A stretch of DNA of 30,016 nucleotides. Source: Macrostomum lignano (taxonomy: Eukaryota). The first letter of the stretch is position 1. Every line of letters starts with the position of its first letter. Shown piece by piece: positions 21,777 through 30,016 of this stretch. The stretch is from contig NIVC01004962.1 in NCBI GenBank assembly GCA_002269645.1, positions 1-30,016 on the forward strand, in the 5' to 3' direction. The notes under the pieces are model-generated. The model searched no databases. It was not told the DNA's origin and saw nothing but the letters and a program-made list of their open reading frames with translations. A program made the translations under genes and the position numbers.

Positions 21777-22136
21777 ATTTTTTTATTAGAGGCAGGGGGT
21801 TGTGTGCACCCTGGCGCACTTTAAGCTCTACATGGGCACACAACCGGCGAGAGGCATTACTGCCCATTCCGCCGACTCCCCTGAGCAGGCATACAAGCGC
21901 GCGGATACGTACGCAGGCACACACTCACACAGGAGTGTACAGCGGCCCTAACTTTATATTATCGTTAGGCATGTACACTTCACTGCGCCTTGGGGGGTTG
22001 GCTCTCAAGGCCGTTAATTGCACGAGCAGAGCCAAGCCGAGATTCCAATTCAGCCCCAAATTAATGTGGCTACACTTGGAATCGAGCCTGGGTCGCTTGC
22101 ACCAGAGCAGCTGCTACCGCTGGGCTACGGCCCCCC
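21777..22136 (-). mobile_element. Full-length tRNA-derived SINE (family B), 360 bp, with 18-bp TSD
   Basis: TGTGAAATGATGTTATTT at 21759-21776 and 22137-22154. The minus strand starts GGGGGGCCGTAGCCCAGCGG (A box), has GGCTCGATTCC (B box) and ends in an A-rich tail. Confidence 0.9.
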
Positions 22137-22577
22137 TGTGAAATGATGTTATTTGGATCATCAAAACGAGAGATGTAATAAAAAATACGAACGAAATACT
22201 ACTTTTGGGACAGCCCTCCTATTTACTCAGTGACTACTAAATACTCTTTACTAAGTATTACTAAGTAAGTAAATCTAAATACTAAATGTTATTAAGTGTA
22301 TGTGCGTATCTATCTCTGTGAAAGATCATCTACCGGAGTACAAAAAATGTCCCGCGCAACTACTGAACTTTGACTTTTATCAGCGGAGTAGTCAGCTCAG
22401 AAACCTTTTTCCATTCATACGAAATCTTCAGTCTATGGTCCGTGTCTATGGCCTGCGAATTAAGTACGAAGCTAGCGTGTTAGCAGAGAATTTCTCTTCA
22501 CGTTTCCCTAAGTAGTTCCCCGCACCGCAGGCACTATAGCATTCAATATTTCAGCCAAGGCAATATAAGCCTGCACA

Positions 22578-25500
22578 ATGGTAAACCACCAGGCGGATGC
22601 ATCAGTCGACAGAATCAGGGAAGTCAGACGAAAACTTGTCCAGGACCTACTCAATGGCATTGAGCCTGATCCCAGAGCGTTAGACCCGACAGCGGATATT
22701 GAAGACAACCGTCAATTCAGCTCGCCAATTCTGCAAAAGCTGTACACCACGGTGGAGCAATTCGGTGCTAGGAGCACCATACACGGTTTGCAGCACATCT
22801 TCCATTCCAGGGAGCTGACTCGCCGGATATTCTGGCTGGTTCTGATGCTGGTCGCATTGTGTCTGGGCCTGGCGCACATGCACGCTACTGCGATGGAATT
22901 TCTAAGCAATCCACTGACTTCCCAGCTGAAACTAATGAGCGAGCAGGTGAAATTTCCAGACATCACTTTGTGCAACTTGAAGCCAGCCTCCGAGTCGATG
23001 TCTCTGGCTCCGGAGTTTCGCCAGTACATCCGCGATAAATGGGGCTACTTCGACAATTGGTACGTCGAAGAGAGGAAACGAAGAGGGAACGAGAGCAAAG
23101 TGAACTTTTATGAACGAGCGCGGCTTGTGTTCGGCCGGCTGTTCCAGATCCTGTGGGTCTCTGGTGACTCGCGCGATATCGGAGTCCTGGACGTCACCCT
23201 TCTTCTGGATTGCTCCTACAACAGCATGAAATGTCACCAAAAAACTTCAGTCTGAGGCAGAATTATCGCTTTTGGAATTGTTACACGTTCTTCGTGCACA
23301 AGGACAACTTGGTCACGGAAAGGGCGGCAAGGGGGCCGAACTTGACTTGGTGCTGTTCACTGACAACCACAACACCGTACGACTTGAGGATTTGGACGGC
23401 AGCGCTAGGCAGAAAAATCTCAGCACTGGAATCTATAAGAGAAGTCGGCAGATGGAAGAGCAGGTTAATTTTATTAATTTATTTAACCTCAGAGGTGTTG
23501 CTTTCCTTTGTGGAGGCAACAAAGAGGGAATAAATTTAGAAATAAAGATACTCCATATGAAACGGGCCTTAAACCAGTGCATCTCTGAAACCAATCCTTA
23601 AGCCATGGCTTAACTATAGAGCCTTAAACTAGCTCTTCCATTGATTCTTTGCATGTGAGCAACGCCCACTAAGACCCTTTGCATCTGAGCAGTTTTCCAT
23701 GAGCCTGAAGTAAACTTCTTTTTTGGTGCAGCAACATGCCCAATAAAGTTCAAGTTCAAATGCAACTTTGGTTAATCAAAAAAGCATGGTGCTATGTTGT
23801 TAACTCTTATACAGGAACCGATATCACTGAAAGAATTGCTCAACGAGGCCACAGGACTCAACCACCTGCTCACTGAAGGCAGCTACGAACCCGGCGGATT
23901 TCGCGTCTTTATCCACGAGAGGAAGCTGTACCCGATGCTCAGTGAGTAGTTTTTGACGGTTGAACTACATTCGACCCTCCATTGACTGGGGTTGCCGCTT
24001 GCCGCACACATGCGCACACACACACACACACACCCACCAATTACACCAACTAAACCTAACAAGGCTTTCGCACCAGGTGCGCCAAAAACAGGGGCGCCAG
24101 AACCACGTGCGCCAAAGCGGGCGCACTACAATGGACTTAAAACCATCCAGACGCTTACCAAATCCAATGCAGGTCGCGAATTCGTGGACGTGCAGTCAGG
24201 GACCAAATCAATAATTAAATTGCGACCCTTGCAGCATTCGCTGCTCTCCAGCGCCGCGCACCAGTGCACACCGAGAAGCGCCGCAGAAAATGTGTCTTAC
24301 GTCCGTTACTTTGCTCACGGATCCAAGCATATTGGACACAAAAAATATCAGAAAACTGATAGCGACTTTGTGGCTGAAGAGAAACAGAATCTCGTGCATG
24401 AAAACTGCGGCTGCTATTCTCACAGGTGGGCGTTATGCTAAGTGGTATGACATAATGATAAGCGTACTTACGATTAACAAACTGTTCTATTAATGTCACT
24501 CTGTCCGAATGTCACTCTGTCCGAATGTCACTCTGTCCGAATGTCACTCTGTCCGAATGTCACTCTGTCCGAATGTCACTCTGTCCGAATGTCACTCTGT
24601 CCGAATGTCACTCTGTCCGAATGTCACTCTGTCCGAATGTCACTCTGTCCGAATGTCACTCTGTCCGAATGTCACTCTGTCCGAATGTCACTCTGTCCGA
24701 ATGTCACTCTGTCCGAATGTCACTCTGTCCGAATGTCACTCTGTCCGAATGTCACTCTGTCCGAATGTCACTCTGTCCGAATGTCACTCTGTCCGAATGT
24801 CACTCTGTCCGAATGTCACTCTGTCCGAATGTCACTCTGTCCGAATGTCACTCTGTCCGAATGTCACTCTGTCCGAATGTCACTCTGTCCGAATGTCACT
24901 CTGTCTGAATGTCACTCTGTCCGAATGTCACTCTGTCCGAATGTCACTCTGTCCGAATGTCACTCTGTCCGAATACCACTATGTCCGAATGTCATCGTAT
25001 CAGGTTGAAGTCACTTTTGGCCACAAATTTCAGGTACCCATTCACAGTAGACAACAGTGAGCTGTGCTACTATGTGCCACCATCCAGCTGGAAGACTCCT
25101 CCTGAGCAGGTGCTCAGGAAAATCCGATGTCACGATCGCTGGATCCTAGACGCCGAGAAGCGAACTTACGAGCTGATGCAGAAATTTCATTCGAAAAGAT
25201 TCTGCGAGTTCACTCTGTACCGACCCTTGGAGCAGAGCAGCTCGTGGCCTCGTTTTGAGCACGTTCAAGACATTTGGACGGATTTCATCGCCCCGAAAAT
25301 TGCCTCTGGCAAAGAGTTCACGATGGAATGCGGGCACAATCACCACATCTTTAACAGGACCGAAACTGCAGCCTTTAATCGGTAGGGATTTGAGTTGGCC
25401 TTGGGACATTGGGGAATGATGAATAAAGATATCAGACATCGGGGAATGAGGAATATATTAATTAAAAATTGGTGAATGATGAATATGTTAATCAGAAATT

Positions 25501-26906
25501 GATGAGTGATAAAGGTTGATATCAGAAATTGGTAAATAATGATTATAGAAATCAGGCATTGGTGAATGGTGAATATAGAAAAAAAATTGGTGAATGATGA
25601 ATATAGAAATTAGAAAATTCAGTTAATGATAAAGATTGTAATCAGAAGTTTGTGAATAATGAATATAGATATCAGAATTATGTGAATGATGATTGCAGAA
25701 ATCAGGCATTAGTGAATGATGAAGATTTCAATCAGAAATTGGTGAATGATAAAGATTGTGATTGTAAGCAGAAATCAGTGAATGATGAATATAGATATAA
25801 CAAATAGGTGAATGATGAATGTAGATCTCAGAATTTGGTGAATGAGGAATATATTAATTAAAATTTGGTGAATGATGAATATATTAATCAAAAATTGGTG
25901 AATGATAAAGATTTTAATCAGAAATTGATGAGTGATGAAGACTGATATCAGAAATTGGTAAATAATGATTATAGAAATCAGGCATTGGTGAATGGTGAAT
26001 GTAAAAAAACTGGTGAATGATGAATATAGAAATTAGAAATTGGTAAATGATGAATATAGAAATTAGAAATTGGTGAATGATGAATATAGAAATTAGAAAT
26101 TGGTGAATGATGAATATAGAAATTAGAAATCGGTGAATGATGAAGATTGTAATTAGAAATTGGTGAATGATGAACACACAGCAACCACTCCCAACCATCA
26201 GGTCCACTAGTCGCCAGGAGCTGGTGTACTACCCTCTACTTCTCACTGACCAGCTCTGCCTTGAGCAGTTCTGCAACGGAACGGACACCTCCTGCGACCT
26301 GAACCTGCTTCGGCGCCTCTATCCCACCGCCACCAATTGCCTTCAGAAGGCTGTCATGACCAAAAATATGGCACTAATTGGAATACACCTACTCTCGTCT
26401 GCTGCTGACTCCTACGTGGAATCTGTCAGCTATGAGTGGACCGAGGCCCTGTCCGAGGTCAAGATGCGTCTCTTGACTTTGAAAATCCGCCCTCCCACCA
26501 TCAAAATTCACCCTCCGACAATCAAAATCCGCCCTCCCACCACCGAAATCCGCCCTTCAACCATCAAAATTCATTTCTTCACAATCAAACCCCACCCTCC
26601 CACCATCAAAATCCGCAATTCCACCATCAAAATTCGCTATCTGACAATCAAAATCCGCCCTTTAACCATCAAAATCCACCCTCCCGTTATCAAAACCTGC
26701 CCTGTAACTATCAGCATCCGCTCTGCCACTATCGAATCCGCCCTCTTGTAATCAAAATCCGCCCAACCAAAATCCAGACGGGCGGCATCCTGGGCCTGTG
26801 GCTGGGCATCAGTCTGCTCTCTGTGCTGGAGATTTTCGAATTTTTCTACGTTCTAGCCAGAAACTGCTTCGACCAGCGGCTGGCGCTGCGCAATCGCGAT
26901 GCTTAA
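22578..26906 (+). CDS. DEG/ENaC (amiloride-sensitive sodium channel family) subunit; exons 22578-23463, 23815-23941, 24173-24425, 25034-25381, 26202-26457, 26778-26906; about 666 aa after repairing -1 indels at A6 23239-23244 and G5 23331-23335
   Basis: STIHG pre-TM1, TM1, FPDITLCNL, CSYNSMKC, WNCYTF, GFRVFIHE..YP, CGC, SSSWP, SETGGILGLWLGISLLSVLE. All five introns are GT-AG with matching phases. Confidence 0.93.
24492..24993. repeat. Near-perfect 16-bp minisatellite AATGTCACTCTGTCCG, about 31 units, in ENaC intron 3
   Basis: Direct tandem repetition; one variant unit near 24906 and one near 24975. Confidence 0.98.
25420..26172. repeat. Degenerate 30-bp minisatellite AAATTGGTGAATGATGAATATAGAAATTAG in ENaC intron 4
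   Basis: 10-aa ORF periodicity; an approximately 150-bp block is duplicated (about 25470 and 25890). Confidence 0.92.
26482..26777. repeat. Degenerate 21-bp minisatellite AAAATCCGCCCTCCCACCATC filling ENaC intron 5
   Basis: 7-aa periodicity (KIRPPTI) in the ORF track. Confidence 0.9.
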
Positions 26907-28012
26907 TTGGGTGGATTCTTGACATTTTTACTTGATTTTTTAACGTAGTCAACGTAGCTTATTTTGCTCAAAGAAATTCAGACACTGTGAATGCTTGCTT
27001 GGACTGAAAGCAGCAGACGGCAGTCGCTCGAAATAGAGTATCTCAATCCTTCAAAACGATTTTCCAAATATGCAACCACGACTTCACGATTTTGTGACGA
27101 AAAAAAATAGATTAAGGCGCGTAGTATTTAAATAAATAGTTCGATTTCATTATATATACGATAGTTATTGTCGAGGGGAAAATAAAGCAACAACTTGGAG
27201 CTTAAACTCAGCAACATCGAAAAATCGCCATCACAGAGGATTCCGTCTGTTGTCGCCACTTTTGAGAGTGCAGGTGAAGTCTCTCAGTCTTTGCGAGTGA
27301 CGCAACTCAGCTACGCCATGCGACAGACTTGGGTTGAGGAATGAAGTGGGGCCGTTGGGGGGAGCGGTGTGCGAGGATTGGACGGATTAAAACTACCCGG
27401 ATATCAGTTTTCAAGTATCTTTTTTCAGAATAGTCCAAGAGAAATTGCTCACTGGCGCATAGAGTGGCGACTTTTCAATGTTGCCGAGTATAAATGCCTT
27501 GATAGGCTTCAGTGTTCGCAGAAGAAGGGTAGCACAGCAATCGTAATACCGACTTGATTAAAGCGAATTATCAGGCAGTCTGGGGACTGTAGCTTTTACA
27601 AGAAAGTTAGGGATCGTGGTAGACAGCACACAAAAAAGTAAAACAAGCAATTTCCTCGCGTTCAATCACAAGCGTACTATACACATTTTTAAAATGCGTT
27701 TAGTATAGCAATAATAATCATAATAGAAATGCAATAACGATACGGATACAAAAGATTGACGGAATGACGTCGACACAGTCACATTTCTTTTTAAAGAGAT
27801 TTATCAAGTGCGGTATGTTTACTTAAGCCGAATGTGGCGTAGCCTACATGCTGTACTTAAAAATAGAATCTAATTAAACAAACAAAATACGAACAAAAAT
27901 ACAATGGTCTCAGTTTTAAAACATACGAGCGTATAGCAAAAATCAACATGAGCAGCCAAAGATATTCAAACAAAATACGGACAGCACAGCATAAATTTAG
28001 TATCAAAGCATA

Positions 28013-30016
28013 TCACTTAAAACATGCAGCATGCACTACTAGCAGTGCATCAAGTCTAACCAGTTTAAGCAGCTTGAGTTTCTTGTCTTTGCATGGTCTG
28101 CGACAGTCTGCATCAGAAATTTCAAAGCTTCCAACTGACCATTCATTGCAGCAGATTGCGTTGCTTGCCTGCAGCATCAGACGTTCTTTTTTGATCAGCG
28201 ACTGTCTGCAGCAGAAACTTCGTCAGTTCCTGATAGCCCCCTCTAGCAGCAGCTTCCGCTGCCTCTATGCAACAACGGGTTCTCTTTTCTTGGTCAGAAA
28301 CTGACTGAACCAGAAACTTCACAACTTCTAGCCTTCCAGATCTTGCAAAAAAGCTGGCCGCCTTCATGCAGCACTGATCTCGGTTTGTTTGATCAGCGAC
28401 TGACTGCACCAGAAACTTCATCACTTCTAACTGACCATAAATTGCGGCAGGCTCCACGGCTTCCATGCAGCAGTGATCTCTTTTTTCTTGGTCAGAAACT
28501 GTCGGCACCAGAAACTTCAAAGCTTCTAATTGACCATAAATTGTGGCAGGTTCCACAGCTTTCATGCAGCACTGATCGCTTTTTTCTTGGTCAGCGACTG
28601 TCGGCACCAGAAATTTCAGCACTTCTAACTGACCATAAATTGCGGCAGGTTCCACAGCTTTCATGCAGCAGTGATCTCTCTTTGCTTCGTCAGCAACTGA
28701 CAGCACCAGAAACTTCACCACATCTAAATGACCATAAATTGCAGCAGGCTCCACCGCCTCCATGCAGCACTGATCTCTGTTTGTTTGGTCAGCAACTGTC
28801 TGCACCAGAAACTTCACCACATCTAAATGACCCTGTTCTGAAGCCCATTTTGCTGCCTCCATCAAGTACTGATCTCTGTTTGTTTGGTCAGTAACTGTCT
28901 GCACTAGAAACCTCACCACTTCTAAGTCACCATGAATTGCAGCAGGCTTCACGGTCACCATGCAGCACTGATCTCTGCTTGTTTGGTCAGCGACTGTCTG
29001 CACCAGAAAGTTGATCAATTCTAACGGACATTTTTTGGCAGCTTGTTTTGCTGCCTCTATGCAGCACTGATCTCTGTTTGTTTGGTCAGCGATTGTCTGC
29101 ACCAGAAATTTCAGCACGTCCCACTGACCATTGGCTGCAGCAGATGTGGCTGCCTTCACACAGCACAGATCTCTCTTCGCTTCGTCAGCAACTGACGGCA
29201 CCAGCAACTTCACCACATCTAAATGACCATAAATTGCAGCAGGCTCCACGGCCTCCATGCAGCACTGATCTCTGTTTGCTTGGTCAGCAACTGTCTGCAC
29301 CAGAAACTTCACCACAACTAAATGACCCTGTTGTGAAGCACATTTCGCTGTTTCCATGCAGCATTGATCTCTGTTTGTTTGACCATCGGTTGCCTGCACC
29401 AGAAACTTCAGCACTTCTAAGTGACCATCTTTTGAAGCACACTTTGCTGCTTCCATGCAGCACTGATCTTTCAAAATTTGGTCAGAGACGGTCTGGACCA
29501 GTAACTTTGTCATTTCTAACTGACCCTTTGCTGCAGCAGATTCCGCTTCCGTCATACAGAACTGATCCCTCAAACTTTGATCAACGACCGTTTGCACCAG
29601 AAACTTCACAACTTCTAACTGACCTTCTGCTAGAGATTTTTGCTGCTTTGATGCAGCACTGATCTCTCTTTGCTTCGTCAGCGACTGTCTGCACGAGAAA
29701 CTTCAGCACTTCCCACTGACCATTGGCTGCAGCAGAAGTCGCTGCCTGCACGCAGCAACCGGTCCCTCAGGGTTGAATCAGAAACTGTCTGCACCAGAAA
29801 CTTCACTACTTTCCACTGACCGTTTCTTTCAGCAGAGCTCGCTGCTCTATGCAGCAATAATCTTTTACACTTTGGTCAGCCACTGTCTGCACCAGAAACT
29901 GCACCACTTCTAACTGACCAGAACTTGCTGCGGTTTGGATGCGTCTATGCAACACTGATATCTGCTTCTTTGGTCAGCCACTGCTCTGCACCAGAACTTC
30001 ACCACTTCTAACTGAC
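28013..30016 (-). CDS. Atypical ankyrin-repeat protein with 33-aa repeats, about 19-20 in the window; 5' end lies beyond the window; indels near 28185, 29640, 29757 and 29970-29996
   Basis: Consensus V.DQ..RD.CCM.AA..AA..G.LEVVKFLVQ. Repeats continue in shifted frames on both sides of ORF 28143-29609, ending at TGA 28015-28013. Confidence 0.85.

Noticed and set aside
28343-29662. Plus-strand ORFs 28343-28894 and 29048-29662, and similar ORFs opposite other genes
   Set aside because: They are antisense shadows of the real coding strands.

Overview
Eukaryotic, almost certainly metazoan, genomic DNA: it has GT-AG spliced genes, tRNA-derived SINEs and many minisatellites. The style recalls the flatworm Macrostomum, which is an inference only. 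Genes read from the sequence are a type II membrane FkbM-family methyltransferase (+, about 3648-5803), a GT32/DXD-family glycosyltransferase (-, 10312-11573), a six-exon DEG/ENaC channel subunit (+, 22578-26906), an atypical ankyrin-repeat gene running off the right end (-), and two or three orphan spliced genes. Most genes carry single-base indels, mostly -1 at short homopolymers, which most likely reflects long-read assembly error. Mobile DNA includes a non-autonomous hAT-like element with an 8-bp TSD whose interior is a 21-bp minisatellite carrying an E2F consensus site in most canonical units, a truncated second copy of it, a fold-back MITE, two SINE families, and Tc1 and Mag/Gypsy relics. 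Best leads: (1) the transposon-borne E2F-site array; (2) a Golgi-type methyltransferase near a GT32 with DLN in place of DxD, a candidate glycan-methylation module; (3) a DEG/ENaC lacking both partners of two thumb disulfides and carrying a long Cys-rich knuckle; (4) Cys-Cys ankyrin repeats whose variation concentrates on the binding face. Most ORFs in the supplied track are repeat or antisense artefacts.
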